Source of the DNA: Escherichia coli
GTDB lineage: Bacteria > Pseudomonadota > Gammaproteobacteria > Enterobacterales > Enterobacteriaceae
Assembly (NCBI RefSeq): GCF_050920415.1
Contig: NZ_CP169309.1
DNA length: 64,000 bases
Reading direction: 5' to 3' (one strand)
Numbering within the stretch: the stretch's first letter is position 1; each line of letters begins with the position of its first letter. Position numbers and translations under genes: made by a program. Under the pieces are notes generated by a model. The model was not told the origin of the DNA. It ran no database searches and saw only the letters and a program-made list of their open reading frames with translations. Positions 25,830 to 40,777 of the stretch are shown here, piece by piece.

Positions 25830-26656
25830 TGTTGTTCTGCCTGTGCCTGATTTTGTTGCTGAGTAGATTCCTCTGGCGGCAAAGGCGCCCAGCCTACTGC
25901 CGCTCCAGAGTCATAACGCAAATCAACGTAGCTAATCCGTTTGCCATCGGTTTGCGCCTGCTGCTGTAAAACCGGATAAAGTTCTACAAAGCGAGCCAAA
26001 CGTTTCATCGTATCGCCCCGGCCAAGATTGAGCTTAATATCGTTATTCAGCGTCAACTGCCAGGAACGCCGCGCGGTCATCGCCGCTTCCTTCAGAGTAA
26101 ATCTGTCCTTTGCCAGCATCTGCCCCATTTCGCGATAGCCCTGCAACACTTCATTGGCGCTGCCTTCCGGGCCATACAGCATTGGAAGCACCTGCTTGCT
26201 GGTGCGATCTGGCGGCACGCTGAAAGTGTTTCCTTCCGCGTCTACCATATGTTGATCATTCCACCGCGCAATCGGCACATATTCAACCAGATGAATCTTC
26301 AATTCATCAGGCCACTGCTTTCTGACGCTCACCTGCTTAATCCACGGCAGGCGTTGTTCTATTTGCGTCTGGATGATGTTGACATCCTGGGTCATAAAGG
26401 TACCTGGCTCACCCAATGCCAGGATCGACTGTCGGATATCGTCATTACGCGTGTAATGGCGTTCACCGGTCAACACCAGCTTTGAGAGCGGCAGGCGTTG
26501 CGCATCTTCCATCCAGCCCAACACGACCCAGCCGCTCACCAACACTGTCGTTAAAACGGTCAGCAGGAAAAGGATCCCCGCCAGACGCGTTCCATTATTG
26601 CGGCGAGAAGAAACCTCTTCTTCGCTGTTTCGCGTGTTCAGAGCAGCCTGCGACAT
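25826..26656 (-). CDS. ftsQ: Cell division protein FtsQ
   Basis: 276 aa ORF, single TM segment then POTRA/beta domains; stop overlaps ftsA start by 4 nt. Confidence 0.96.
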   Translation of the reverse strand: MSQAALNTRNSEEEVSSRRNNGTRLAGILFLLTVLTTVLVSGWVVLGWMEDAQRLPLSKLVLTGERHYTRNDDIRQSILALGEPGTFMTQDVNIIQTQIEQRLPWIKQVSVRKQWPDELKIHLVEYVPIARWNDQHMVDAEGNTFSVPPDRTSKQVLPMLYGPEGSANEVLQGYREMGQMLAKDRFTLKEAAMTARRSWQLTLNNDIKLNLGRGDTMKRLARFVELYPVLQQQAQTDGKRISYVDLRYDSGAAVGWAPLPPEESTQQQNQAQAEQQ

Positions 26657-26657
26657 A

Positions 26658-29046
<2,389 letters not shown>

Positions 29047-29099
29047 TCTTTACGCCATTAACTTCTTACATTCATACGATGCAAAAGGCATCGCTACAA

Positions 29100-30167
29100 T
29101 TACGCCCGGGCAGCCCGGCTCACTTCATTTGCCACTCGCTCGGTGGCATCCGGAATGGATGCAGCACGGGCGCGTTCTGCCATGGTTAATAAGGTTTCTC
29201 GCGACCACCCGGCCAGGGTGTTGGCGACAGCATCCACAGTAAGCTGTGGCTGCTCGATAATTTTGGCTGCGCCCGCTTTTTCCAGCGGTAGCGCATTCCA
29301 GTATTGCTGGCGGTCTTTATGTTGAAACGGCACAAACAATGCCGGTAGCCCCGCTGCGGCAATTTCACTCACCGTTAACGCACCGGAGCGGCAAACAACG
29401 ACATCTGCCCACGCATACGCCGCCGCCATATCATCAATAAATTCCGTCACTTTATGCTGCGGTTGCCCCGCTTCCGCATACGCCTGTTCAACGGATTGTT
29501 GCGAACCTTTGCCGCTCTGATGCCAGATAGTGACTGAATCACCCAGTTTCGCAGCAACCTGCGGCATTGTCTGGTTAAGAATGCGTGCGCCCTGGGACCC
29601 CCCCACTACCAACACACGAACCGGACCTTCACGACCAGCCAAACGTTGCTGCGGCAGTGGCAACGCCAGCACATCGGTACGCACCGGGTTACCCACCACT
29701 TCCGCATTAGGGAAAGCGCCTGGAAACGCCTGCATCACTTTGGTGGCAATCTTCGCCAGCCATTTATTGGTTAAGCCCGCAATACCGTTTTGTTCATGAA
29801 GTACAACCGGAATGCCTAACGACCACGCTGCCAGTCCACCTGGACCTGATACGTAGCCGCCCATACCGAGCACCACATCAGGTTTGAACGCTTTCATAAT
29901 CGCCCGTGCCTGACGCCAGGCGTTAAAAATACGCAGAGGTGCAGCTAACAGTGCTTTTATACCTTTACCACGCAGACCAGAGATACGAATGAAATCAATT
30001 TCGATGCCATGTTTTGGCACTAAGTCCGCTTCCATACGGTCGGCAGTCCCCAGCCAGCGAACTTGCCAACCCTGAGCCATTAGATGGTGCGCAACCGCCA
30101 GTCCCGGGAACACATGTCCACCGGTTCCGCCGGCCATCACCATTAATCGCTTTCCTTGACCACTCAT
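29100..30167 (-). CDS. murG: Lipid II synthase (UDP-GlcNAc:undecaprenyl-PP-MurNAc-pentapeptide GlcNAc transferase)
   Basis: 355 aa GT28 ORF ([29 protein letters not shown]..). Confidence 0.97.
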   Translation of the reverse strand: MSGQGKRLMVMAGGTGGHVFPGLAVAHHLMAQGWQVRWLGTADRMEADLVPKHGIEIDFIRISGLRGKGIKALLAAPLRIFNAWRQARAIMKAFKPDVVLGMGGYVSGPGGLAAWSLGIPVVLHEQNGIAGLTNKWLAKIATKVMQAFPGAFPNAEVVGNPVRTDVLALPLPQQRLAGREGPVRVLVVGGSQGARILNQTMPQVAAKLGDSVTIWHQSGKGSQQSVEQAYAEAGQPQHKVTEFIDDMAAAYAWADVVVCRSGALTVSEIAAAGLPALFVPFQHKDRQQYWNALPLEKAGAAKIIEQPQLTVDAVANTLAGWSRETLLTMAERARAASIPDATERVANEVSRAARA

Positions 30168-31408
30168 CGTGAACCTCGTACAAACGCCTGCGCTTTCTCC
30201 AGACGCGTTTCATAATCAATACGCAACAGCATCATGATGGCTGTCGACATAATCAGTAAGCTCGAACCACCGTAACTGATCAGCGGCAATGTCAGACCTT
30301 TGGTCGGTAACATCCCCGCTGCCGCGCCTACGTTAACCAGCGCCTGGAAACTAAACCAGATGCCAATGGAACAGGCGAGAAAACCGGAAAAACGATGGTG
30401 AATTTCTAATGCTTTACGGCCAATCGACATCGCACGAAAAGCGACGAAGAATACCATTAAAAGTGCCAGCACCACACCGACATACCCCAGTTCTTCGCCG
30501 ATAATGGCGAAAATAAAGTCAGTGTGTGCTTCCGGCAGATACTCCAGTTTTTGAACCGAGTTACCTAAACCTTGCCCCCACAGTTCGCCGCGACCAAACG
30601 CCATCAGCGATTGCGTTAACTGATAGCCGCTGCCAAAGGGATCTTCCCACGGATTCCAGAATGCGGTAACACGGCGGATACGGTACGGTTCGGCGAGGAT
30701 CAGTAACACAACCGCTGAAATCCCCATGCCGATAATGGCAATGAACTGCCACAATTTCGCCCCCGCCAGGAACAACATCGCCAGCGTGGTCACAAACAGC
30801 ACCACCACCGTACCAAGGTCTGGCTGTGCCAGCAGTAACACTGCCAACACCAAAATCACGCCCATCGGTTTCAAGAAGCCGCGCAGGTTATTACGCACTT
30901 CGTCGCCTTTACGCACCAGATAGTTGGCGATATAGCAAAACAGCGACAGTTTTGTCAGCTCCGCAGGCTGGATACGCAGCAAGCCGAGATCGATCCAACG
31001 CGATGCCCCTTTAACAGAGCTACCCACTACCAGAACGATCATCAACAGGATGATTGAACCGAGTAGCATCGTAGCGCTGTAACGTTGCCAGAACTCCATC
31101 GGCAGACGCAGCGTAATGATCGCCAGAATGAACGCCAGGATCAGGTAGACGCCATCACGCTTAGCGAAGAAAAAGGGATCGTTAGTCAAGCGTTGTCCGA
31201 TAGGCATTGATGCGGACGTCACCATGATAAAGCCGATCGCCGCGAGGCCGAAGGTCAGCCACAGTAAGGTGCGATCGTACATGATCAGGCTGTCGGTATC
31301 TTTTTCCCGCGAGCCCATCACCCAGCCCTTTAGCGCCGTGGAGATCCAGACCAGAATACTGAATCCTGGCAGGCGCGGCATTTTCAGGCGAGGGAGAGAT
31401 AAACGCAT
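30164..31408 (-). CDS. ftsW: Peptidoglycan glycosyltransferase FtsW (SEDS family)
   Basis: ORF 30164..31411; ATG at 31408 (MRLSLPRL.., 414 aa) preferred over the upstream TTG; overlaps murD stop by 1 nt. Confidence 0.95.
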   Translation of the reverse strand: MRLSLPRLKMPRLPGFSILVWISTALKGWVMGSREKDTDSLIMYDRTLLWLTFGLAAIGFIMVTSASMPIGQRLTNDPFFFAKRDGVYLILAFILAIITLRLPMEFWQRYSATMLLGSIILLMIVLVVGSSVKGASRWIDLGLLRIQPAELTKLSLFCYIANYLVRKGDEVRNNLRGFLKPMGVILVLAVLLLAQPDLGTVVVLFVTTLAMLFLAGAKLWQFIAIIGMGISAVVLLILAEPYRIRRVTAFWNPWEDPFGSGYQLTQSLMAFGRGELWGQGLGNSVQKLEYLPEAHTDFIFAIIGEELGYVGVVLALLMVFFVAFRAMSIGRKALEIHHRFSGFLACSIGIWFSFQALVNVGAAAGMLPTKGLTLPLISYGGSSLLIMSTAIMMLLRIDYETRLEKAQAFVRGSR

Positions 31409-32724
31409 CAACCTAACTCCTTCGCCAGACGGGCAAACTCATTGCCTCGTTGTTCAAAGTTCTTGAATTGATCAAGGCTGGCACAGGCCGGGGAGAGCAG
31501 AACCATATCTCCTGGTTGAACACGCGGAGCCAGCAAGCGCATCGCCTGTTCCATGGTTTCGGTTTGTTCTGCCACTTCCGGGCGCAGTGCCGCCAGCTGT
31601 GCGCCGTCACGACCGAAACAATACAAACGTACGTTATCGCCATTCAGGTAACGTGCCAGCGGACTAAAGTCCGCCGATTTACCATCGCCGCCCAGCAACA
31701 AATGCAGCGTGCCATCTACGTGCAGGCCATTGAGCGCCGCTTCCGTACTGCCGACATTGGTCGCTTTCGAGTCGTTAATCCAGCGCACACCGTTATGTTC
31801 CAGCACCACTTCAAAGCGATGCGGCAAACCAGTGAACGTAGTTAACGCTTTCAGGCTACTGGCGCGTGGCAAACCAGCTGCGTCTGCCAGCGCCAGTGCC
31901 GCCAGCGCATTGGTGTAGTTATGCTGACCGGAAAGTTTCATCTCTTTCACGTTCAACACTTTCTCGCCTTTCACCCGCAGCCAGGTTTCACCCTGCTGAT
32001 GATTCAGGTGATAGTCGCCCATATTGATACCAAAGCTAACGCAGCGTTCATCCGCACCACGAATCGGCATTGTTAAGGCATCATCAGCATTAACCACGCA
32101 AACTTTCGCATTTTCATAAATGCGCAGTTTTGCCGCACGATACTGCTGTAAACCAAATGGATAGCGATCCATATGATCTTCAGTCACGTTCAGAATGGTC
32201 GCTGCTACCGCCTGTAAGCTGGAGGTGGTTTCAAGCTGGAAGCTCGACAGCTCGAGCACGTACAGTTCGCACTCATCATCCAGCAGCATCAACGCAGGCA
32301 GGCCAATATTGCCACCCACACCAACGTTAACCCCCGCCGCTTTCGCCATTTCACCCACTAGCGTGGTGACCGTGCTTTTGCCGTTAGAACCGGTGATCGC
32401 CACAATCGGTGCTTGTGCTTCGCGGCAGAATAGCTCGATATCGCCAACGATTTCGATTCCGGCATCAGCGGCAGCGCTTAAGGATGGATGCGCCAGTGCA
32501 ATACCGGGACTGGCGACAATCAGATCGGCCGCCATCAGCCATTCATCATTCAGACCGCCCGTGTGGCGTTCTACGGCTTCGGGTAATTTATCCAGGCCAG
32601 GCGGTGTCATACGCGTATCCATAACGCGCGGCGTCACACCGCGAGCGAGGAAAAAGTCCACGCAAGAAAGCCCGGTGAGGCCCAGGCCGATAATGACGAC
32701 ATTTTTACCCTGGTAATCAGCCAT
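31408..32724 (-). CDS. murD: UDP-N-acetylmuramoyl-L-alanine--D-glutamate ligase
   Basis: 438 aa Mur ligase ORF ([11 protein letters not shown]-loop). Confidence 0.97.
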   Translation of the reverse strand: MADYQGKNVVIIGLGLTGLSCVDFFLARGVTPRVMDTRMTPPGLDKLPEAVERHTGGLNDEWLMAADLIVASPGIALAHPSLSAAADAGIEIVGDIELFCREAQAPIVAITGSNGKSTVTTLVGEMAKAAGVNVGVGGNIGLPALMLLDDECELYVLELSSFQLETTSSLQAVAATILNVTEDHMDRYPFGLQQYRAAKLRIYENAKVCVVNADDALTMPIRGADERCVSFGINMGDYHLNHQQGETWLRVKGEKVLNVKEMKLSGQHNYTNALAALALADAAGLPRASSLKALTTFTGLPHRFEVVLEHNGVRWINDSKATNVGSTEAALNGLHVDGTLHLLLGGDGKSADFSPLARYLNGDNVRLYCFGRDGAQLAALRPEVAEQTETMEQAMRLLAPRVQPGDMVLLSPACASLDQFKNFEQRGNEFARLAKELG

Positions 32725-32726
32725 GA

Positions 32727-33809
32727 TTAACGTACCTTCAGCGTTGCCAGACCAATCAGGACCAGCATCAGCGAAATAATCCAGAAACGTACAATGACGC
32801 GCGGTTCCGGCCAGCCTTTCAGTTCATAGTGGTGATGAATCGGTGCCATGCGGAAAATACGTTGTCCGCGCAGTTTAAAGGAGCCGACCTGCAGGATGAC
32901 GGAAAGTGTTTCTACCACGAACACGCCCCCCATAATCACCAGCAGGAATTCCTGACGCAGCAGTACGGCGATAATGCCTAACGCACCACCTAACGCCAGC
33001 GAACCGACATCGCCCATAAAGACCTGCGCCGGATAGGTGTTAAACCACAGGAAGCCCAGCCCTGCCCCGACTATCGCGGTACAGACAATGACCAGTTCCC
33101 CGGCGTGTCGTAGATACGGTATGTGTAAATAGCTGGCAAAGTTCATGTTGCCGGTTGCCCATGCCACCAGCGCAAAACCACCGGCGACGAATACAGTCGG
33201 CATAATCGCCAGGCCATCAAGACCATCGGTCAGGTTTACCGCGTTGCCAGTACCCACAATGACGAAGTAAGCCAGCAGAATGTAGAACAGCCCCAGTTGC
33301 GGCATCACATCTTTAAAGAACGGAACCACCAGCTGCGTTGCGGGCGTGTCTTTGCCGGCAAGGTACAGCGCGAAGGCAACACCCAGCGCAATGACCGACA
33401 TCCAGAAATACTTCCAACGAGCGATCAACCCTTTGGTGTCTTTACGCACCACTTTGCGATAGTCATCAACAAAGCCAATGATGCCGTAACCTACCAGCAC
33501 CACCAGTACGCACCAGACGTACGGATTGGATGGATAAGCCCACAGCAGCACGGAGATCACAATCGCCGTCAGGATCATAATCCCGCCCATGGTCGGCGTA
33601 CCGCGCTTGCTGAAGTGTGATTCAGGACCGTCGTTACGCACCACCTGACCAAAGGAGAGTTTTTGTAAATGAGCAATCATGCGCGGGCCCATCCACAATG
33701 AGATGAACAGCGCAGTCAGCAGGCTGACGATGGCGCGAAACGTCAGATAGGAAAAGACGTTAAAGCCGGAATAATATTTGACCAAATGTTCGGCCAGCCA
33801 AACTAACAT
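32727..33809 (-). CDS. mraY: Phospho-N-acetylmuramoyl-pentapeptide transferase
   Basis: 360 aa polytopic ORF ([27 protein letters not shown]..). Confidence 0.97.
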
Positions 33810-35161
33810 GTCCCATTCTCCTGTAAAGCGCGTACTACCTCTTCCATGGCAGCACTACGTGAACCCTTAACTAAAATCGTAATTACCTGTTGCTCAGCAA
33901 TCAGTGATTTAAGACGTGTGATAAGCGCAGTTTTATCGGAAAAATGTTCGCCAACGCCGCTGGCGGTGCTGATAGCATGGCTTTGTTTACCCACACTTAA
34001 CACGCGGTCAATACCCGCCGCCTTCGCCGCTTCGCCCACCTGTACATGGCAGGCCTCGCTTTCAGCGCCCAGTTCCGCCATATCGCCCACCACCAGCACA
34101 CGGTAGCCCGGCATTTCAGCCAGTACCTGAACAGCGGCGGTCATGGAGCCGACGTTAGCGTTGTAGGAGTCGTCGAGCAGCAACTGATTTTCCGCCAGTT
34201 GAATGGGGAACAGACGGCCAGGAACAGCTTTCAGATTTGCCAGCCCCGCTTTAATAGCATCAAGCGTTGCGCCCACGGACATGGAGAGCGCAGCGGCTGC
34301 CAGCGCATTCGCAATATTGTGACGCCCCGGCAACGGCAGCAGAACATCGACGCTACCCGTTGGGGTTTGCAGCGTAAATTCCGTACCGTGCGAGGTCACG
34401 TGGATATTGGTGGCGGTGAAATCGCTGTTGTTAGCATTCGGTGAGAAGCGCCACACTTTGCGTGAGCCAATCACACTCTGCCAGTTCAGCCAGTCGTTGT
34501 TGTCGGCATTCATAATGGCGATACCGTTTTCCGGCAGGCCGCTAAAGATTTCACCTTTCGCTTTCGCGACACCCGCAAGCGAGCCAAAACCTTCCAGATG
34601 CGCCGCTGCCAGGTTGTTGACCAGCGCCGCTTCCGGGCGAGTCAGACTCACAGTCCAGGCAATTTCGCCCTGATGGTTCGCGCCAAGTTCAATTACTGCG
34701 TAATCGTACTCTGGCGTTAAGCGCAACAGCGTCATCGGTACACCGATATCGTTGTTGAGATTGCCTGCCGTATAAAGCGTGTTGCCACACTGGCTTAAAA
34801 TCGCTGCCGTCATCTCTTTAACGGAGGTTTTGCCGGAGGAACCGGTCAGAGCAACCACGCGCGCCGGAACTTGCTGGCGAACCCATGCAGCCAGTTCACC
34901 AAACGCCAGACGCGTATCCTTGACGATTAACTGCGGCAGATCGATATCCAGCGGACGGCTAACCAGCAGTGCACCCGCACCGCCAGCTTTCGCCTGGTCA
35001 GCAAAATCATGGGCATCGAAACGTTCGCCTTTCAGGGCAACAAACAGGCAACCCGGCGTCAATTTACGGGTGTCAGTGGTTACAGCATCAAGGGTAATAT
35101 CTGCCCCTTTTAGTTCACCGTTGAGAATATCGGTAAGTTGGCTAAGGGTTACGCTAATCAT
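33803..35161 (-). CDS. murF: UDP-MurNAc-tripeptide--D-Ala-D-Ala ligase
   Basis: 452 aa Mur ligase ORF ([11 protein letters not shown]). Confidence 0.97.
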
Positions 35162-36645
35162 GCAATCACCCCCAGTAGACGCGCTACCGTGACGCGATCG
35201 GAGTAGTCCAGACGCTGGTTGCCAACAATCTGATAATCCTCATGGCCTTTGCCCGCGATCAGCACCACATCATTCTCTTTAGCCTGCATAACAGCGCAAG
35301 TCACCGCTTCAGCGCGGCCTTCCATCACTTTGGCATGTCCGGCGTCCAGCATTCCCGCCAGAATATCGTTGATGATAGCGCGCGGTTCTTCGGTACGCGG
35401 GTTATCGTCCGTTACCACCGCCACGTCAGCAAACTCTTCAGCAATTGCTCCCATCAGTGGACGCTTACCTTTATCGCGATCGCCACCACAGCCAAAGACG
35501 CACCACAGCTTGCCTGCACAGTGAAGACGTGCAGCCTGCAAGGCTTTTTCCAATGCATCCGGCGTATGCGCGTAATCCACCACCACCGTCGGTTTGCCCG
35601 GTGCAGTGAACACTTCCATACGTCCGCAAACCGGTTGCAGACGCGCGGCGGTTTTTAACAGATCAGCCAGCGGGTAGCCAAGTGCCAGCAGCGTCGCCAG
35701 CGCGAGCAGCAGGTTGCTGACGTTAAAAGCGCCCATCAGATGGCTTTCAATTTCGCCATCACCCCAGCTTGAGCTAAAGCGAATAGTCGCACCGCTGTCG
35801 TGATAGTTCACTTCAGTCGCTTTCAACCAGCGTCCGTGACAGTTCGGATTGATATGATCTTCCATTGATACCGCAACCGCGTCCGGCAGTTTTGCCAGCC
35901 AGCGGCGGCCCACTTCATCGTCGGCGTTAATAATCGCCTGACCGCAATGATGCTCAGAATAAAGCAGCCATTTCGCGGCTTCGTAGTGTTCCATATCACC
36001 ATGATAATCAAGGTGATCGCGGCTTAAGTTGGTAAAGACCGACGCCGCAAATTTCAATGCCGCCACACGGTGCTGTACCAGTCCGTGGGAGGAAACTTCC
36101 ATTGCGCAAAAAGTCGCGCCCTGATCCACCAGCCCCGCCAGCTCATGCTGAACATCGACTGCCGAACCGGTGGTATTTTCTGTCGGGATCACTTTTCCCA
36201 GCAGGCCGTTACCAACGGTGCCCATTACCGCGCTGGTTTCGCCAAGCAGTTGGCTCCACTGCGCCAGCAGCTGGGTAGTCGTGGTTTTGCCGTTGGTGCC
36301 CGTTACGCCTACAAGACGTAAATTGTCAGAGGGTTCATGGTAAAAGCGGCCCGCCAGTGCAGATAAACGCTCGTTGAGCTGGCTGAGATAGATGACTGGT
36401 ACGCCGTGCATTTCACGGATTTCACCGTCGGTCGCCTCATCTTTCGCCTCTGCAATAATGGCAGCCACACCTTGCGCTATCGCCTGCGGGATATATCGAC
36501 GCCCGTCCGCCTGATGACCTACTACAGCTACAAAGAGATCGCCCGCCGCAGCCACACGGCTGTCGAGTGTCATCTCTCGCAGTGCTCGCGAAGGTGCGTC
36601 TGGCACCCACGGAGCAAGAAGGTCGCGCAAATTACGATCTGCCAC
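35158..36645 (-). CDS. murE: UDP-MurNAc-L-Ala-D-Glu--meso-diaminopimelate ligase
   Basis: 495 aa Mur ligase ORF ([11 protein letters not shown]). Confidence 0.97.
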
Positions 36646-38398
36646 CTGTCCCCTCGCCTTGATTAATCACAAATTCATTTTTATCGCCCGTTGTCAGCGC
36701 ATCCGGCTCGATGTTCATGGTACGCAATACGCCGCCCATGATGGCACCAAAGACCGGCGCGGAAACGGCGCCGCCGTAGTATTTACCCGCCTGCGGATCG
36801 TTGATAACAACAACCAGCGCGAAGCGCGGCTGACTCGCAGGCGCAACGCCTGCGGTATAAGCAATATATTTATTGATGTAGCGACCGTCCGGCCCGACCT
36901 TTTTCGCGGTACCGGTTTTAATGGCGATACGATAGCCTTTAATCGCCGCCTTCACGCCGCCACCGCCCGGTAGCGCCACGCTTTCCATCATATGCACCAC
37001 GGTGCGAACAATGGACTCCGGGAAGACACGTTCACCGGGAACCGGGGGATCAACTTTGGTAATCGACAGCGGGCGATAAATGCCATAGCTGCCGATAGTT
37101 GCGTAGACTCGCGCTAACTGTAACGGTGTTACCATTAGCCCATAGCCGAAAGAGAAGGTGGCCCTCTCTATGTCAGACCACCGTTGTTTTTGAGGATATA
37201 AGCCACTGCGTTCTCCGACCAACCCCAAATTGGTCGCTTTTCCCAGTCCAAAACGTGAGTAAGTATCTACTAACGCTGAGGACGGCATCGCTAACGCCAG
37301 TTTGGAAACACCGACGTTACTCGACTTCTGTAATACCCCGGTCAGGGTTAATTCGCTGTAGCGTGCCACGTCTTTGATTTCGTGGCCGTTAATTCGATAA
37401 GGAACGGTATTCAGTACCGAGTTTTCTCGCACCACGCCACGTTGCAACGCGGTCATCACCACCATCGGTTTGACCGTTGAGCCAGGTTCAAACACGTCGG
37501 TGATGGTACGGTTACGCATCGCCTCTTTCGGCGTGCCACTCAGATTGTTTGGGTTGTATGACGGGCTGTTAGCCATCGCCAGCACTTCACCGGTGTTGAC
37601 ATCCACCAGCACGGCACTACCAGATTCAGCCTTGTTAAAGGCCACCGCGTTATTCAGTTCGCGATAAACCAGCGCCTGCAGGCGTTCATCAATACTCAGC
37701 GCCAGGTTGTGTGCCGCCTGACTGTCGGTGGAAGAGATATCTTCAATTACGCGACCATAGCGGTCTTTACGCACAATGCGCTCGCCAGGCTGCCCGGTAA
37801 GCCATTTATCGAAACTCTTCTCGACGCCCTCAATCCCCTGACTATCGACGTTAGTAAAGCCGATGAGGTGAGCGGTCACTTCGCCAGACGGATAGTAACG
37901 GCGAGATTCTTCACGTAGATGAATCCCCGGCAGCTTCAGTTTTTTGATGTACTCAGCCATGTCAGGGTTAACCTGACGCGCCAGATAGATAAAGCGCCCT
38001 TTCGGGTTGGCATTAATGCGGGCGGAAAGTTGATCCAGCGGAATATTGAGCGCGTTAGCCAGCGCCTTCCAGCGGTCACCGACGCTGATGCCGCCAGCTT
38101 CATGCACTTCTTTCGGGTCGGCCCAGATCGCTTTTACTGGCACACTCACTGCTAACGGGCGACCAGAACGGTCGGTAATCATGCCGCGGGAGGTGGAAAC
38201 TTGCTGAACGCGAAGAGAACGCATGTCGCCCTCTTTTACCAGCATATCCGGGGAGATAACTTGTAACCACGCTACGCGTCCGAGCAGAAAAGCCAGCGCC
38301 AGGAGAATACAGCCGCATAACAACGCAAAACGCCAACTGATAAAGTTGGCATGTTCTTCCTGACGTTTTGGTTTCTGCGTTTTCGCCGCTGCTTTCAT
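36632..38398 (-). CDS. ftsI: Penicillin-binding protein 3, septal transpeptidase
   Basis: 588 aa ORF with N-terminal TM segment and transpeptidase motifs STVK, SSN and KTG. Confidence 0.97.
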
Positions 38399-38413
38399 GC
38401 GTCGCGTTTATCC

Positions 38414-38779
38414 TTATTTTTGCACTACGATATTTTCTTGTGACGGATCAACATGCTGCATTTGCAGCTTTTCCGTGGCGATCCTTTCCACCCGGCTATG
38501 GTCGCCGAGCGCATTCTCTTCAAGGATCAGGTTGCGCCATTCAATGTCTAAAGCATCTCGCTCCAGCACCAGTTGTTCGCGCTGAGCGGTCAGTAAACGG
38601 GTATGGTGCGCCGTGGTTACCACGGTCACCGCCGTCAAAATAATGCAAATGAACAGGCAGAGTGGCAGCTTCCCAAATCGCAAAAGATCGTCACCGATAA
38701 CACCAGGCAATGCATGGCGCTCGTGGCTTCCCATCGATCCTTTAACTTTGCTTAGAGCTTCTGTCACTCTGCTGATCAT
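38414..38779 (-). CDS. ftsL: Cell division protein FtsL
   Basis: 121 aa bitopic ORF ([48 protein letters not shown]..). Confidence 0.95.
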
Positions 38780-39717
38780 GCGTTCGTCCTCTCTGCAATA
38801 CGCAGAACTGAACTACGGGCACGAGGGTTCTCAGCCACCTCTTCTTCGCCCGGCATTAACTTGCCTAGTGCTCGCAGCTGACGGCCACCCAGTTTTTTGA
38901 GTTGCTCTTCAGTCATCGGTAACCCTGCCGGAACTTGCGGACCACGGCTGTTTTCACGCATAAAGCGTTTCACAATGCGGTCTTCCAGCGAGTGGAAGCT
39001 GATGATCGAGAGCCGCCCCCCCGGGGCCAGCACGTTGAGCGAGCTTTTTAGCGCCTGCTCTATCTCCTCCAGTTCACTGTTTACCCAAATGCGCACCGCC
39101 TGGAAGGTACGGGTCGCGGGATGTTTAAACTTATCTTTCACCGGCGTTGCGGCAGCCACGACTTCCGCCAGTTCTTTGGTGCGGGTCATCGGCTGTTCGC
39201 GGTTTCGCTCGACAATGGCGCGGGCAATGCGTTTGGCAAAACGCTCTTCACCATAGGTTTTCAATACCCAGGCGATATCGGCTTCTTCTGCGGTTTGTAG
39301 CCATTCAGCGGCTGACTGCCCACGGGTTGGGTCCATACGCATGTCCAGCGGACCATCGCGCATAAAGGAAAAGCCGCGTTCAGCATCATCAAGTTGCGGT
39401 GAAGAGACGCCAAGATCGAGGAGAATGCCGTCGATCTTGCCGATAAGATCGCGCTCGGCAACGTATTCGCCCAGCGCGGAGAAAGGTCCGTGGATGATGG
39501 AGAAGCGCGGATCATCAATAGTCTTCGCAACGGCGATAGCCTGCGGGTCGCGATCGATCGCCAGCAAACGCCCCTCTTCGCCAAGCTGCGAGAGGATCAG
39601 ACGTGAGTGACCACCGCGACCAAAAGTCCCATCAATGTAGATGCCATCAGGACGGATATTGAGGCCATTAACGGCTTCATCCAGCAGCACCGTAGTATGT
39701 TTATAGTTTTCCATCAT
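38776..39717 (-). CDS. rsmH: 16S rRNA m4C1402 methyltransferase
   Basis: ORF 38776..39846; start taken at internal ATG 39717 ([16 protein letters not shown].., 313 aa). Confidence 0.94.
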
Positions 39718-39718
39718 T

Positions 39719-40177
39719 TTATAGAGACAAGTCCTGCAGTCGCTCCGATAAGTCTCCAGTAGCCAACTGCTCTGCGTCGATATCTTCCTTGACCTGTTGA
39801 TGCCAGGTTGTTTCATCCCACAGCTCAAACTTGTTGAACTGTCCAACCAGCATCACTTCTTTTGTCAGACCGGCATGTTGCCGCAGTACTGGCGCGATTA
39901 ACAATCGACCGGCGCCATCCATCTGACATTCGCTGGCATGACCTAACAGAAGGCGCTGCACACGGCGCTCAACCGGGTTCATGCTCGACAGACGCGATAA
40001 TTTTTGCTCGATAATTTCCCATTCAGGCAGGGGGTAAAGCAGCAGGCACGGGTGATGAATGTCAATGGTGCAAACCATTTGACCGGCAGCGTTCTCAAGC
40101 AGCTGTTCCCGATAACGGGTAGGCACTGATAAGCGCCCTTTGCTGTCGAGATTGACTAACGTTGCTCCCCGGAACAT
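39719..40177 (-). CDS. mraZ: Transcriptional regulator MraZ
   Basis: ORF 39719..40213; start taken at ATG 40177 ([19 protein letters not shown].., 152 aa) with AAGGGGTGAGG ribosome-binding site upstream. Confidence 0.93.
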
Positions 40178-40196
40178 GCCAGCCTCACCCCTTATT

Positions 40197-40221
40197 CCCA
40201 CTTTGCCCCACAATTTCCCAC
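40197..40221 (-). promoter_or_regulatory. MraZ operator / Pmra region: three GTGGG direct repeats at 10-bp spacing
   Basis: Minus strand reads GTGGGaaattGTGGGgcaaaGTGGG directly upstream of the mraZ ribosome-binding site. Confidence 0.7.
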
Positions 40222-40734
40222 TGAAAGGAGTTTACGGAGCGGAGGAAAAGCTTGTCAAGCCAGTCACAAGGCATACCGAGGTAAAAAACCCGATGTTTAC
40301 GGCTAATATCAGCGTTGTTTATTTTACGTCCAACGTGCGAAGCAAATTAACGTTATGAATAGCTGTAAGAAAAAATCCCTCATGGTCATCACCGTTTTAA
40401 AATGACTAACTATTTTCCACAGCAAATATAAAGTGTCAGTTTGCGACGCGAGCGGCATTTTAGGACATATCTTCCCCGGTTAACAGTCCCTGTTGCGTCT
40501 GTGTGGCGCTTGATGCCAGCAGGTTTGCGCAAAAGCAAAGAAAAGTGTTTGTTAAATCGGCAATTCATCTCTGCATGTAACAAAATAATGCAAAAACGCT
40601 CTGTCAATATTGCTTAATTATTGTGAATTTCAGCAGGTGAGTTAATTAATGGGCGGGTTTAAAAGCATTTATCAATAATAGCCAGGAATAGTCTTATTTA
40701 CTTTAAGGATATTGATGTCCATTCCCGTACTCGA

Positions 40735-40771
40735 CGCGCCAATGAGAAATTCACTGGCGCGTATTTTTGTT
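40735..40771 (+). terminator. Terminator-like hairpin plus U-run oriented on the + strand, abutting the cra stop
   Basis: CGCGCCAaTGA-gaaat-TCACTGGCGCG followed by TATTTTTGTT on the + strand; in the cra (minus) direction the hairpin is followed by GTCGAG, not U. Confidence 0.45.
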
Positions 40772-40777
40772 CGCGGC

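Noticed and set aside
40410-40607. 65-codon ORF in the cra-mraZ spacer
   Set aside because: No ribosome-binding site, a basic low-complexity translation, and nothing I recognise; retained only as context for the orphan terminator finding.
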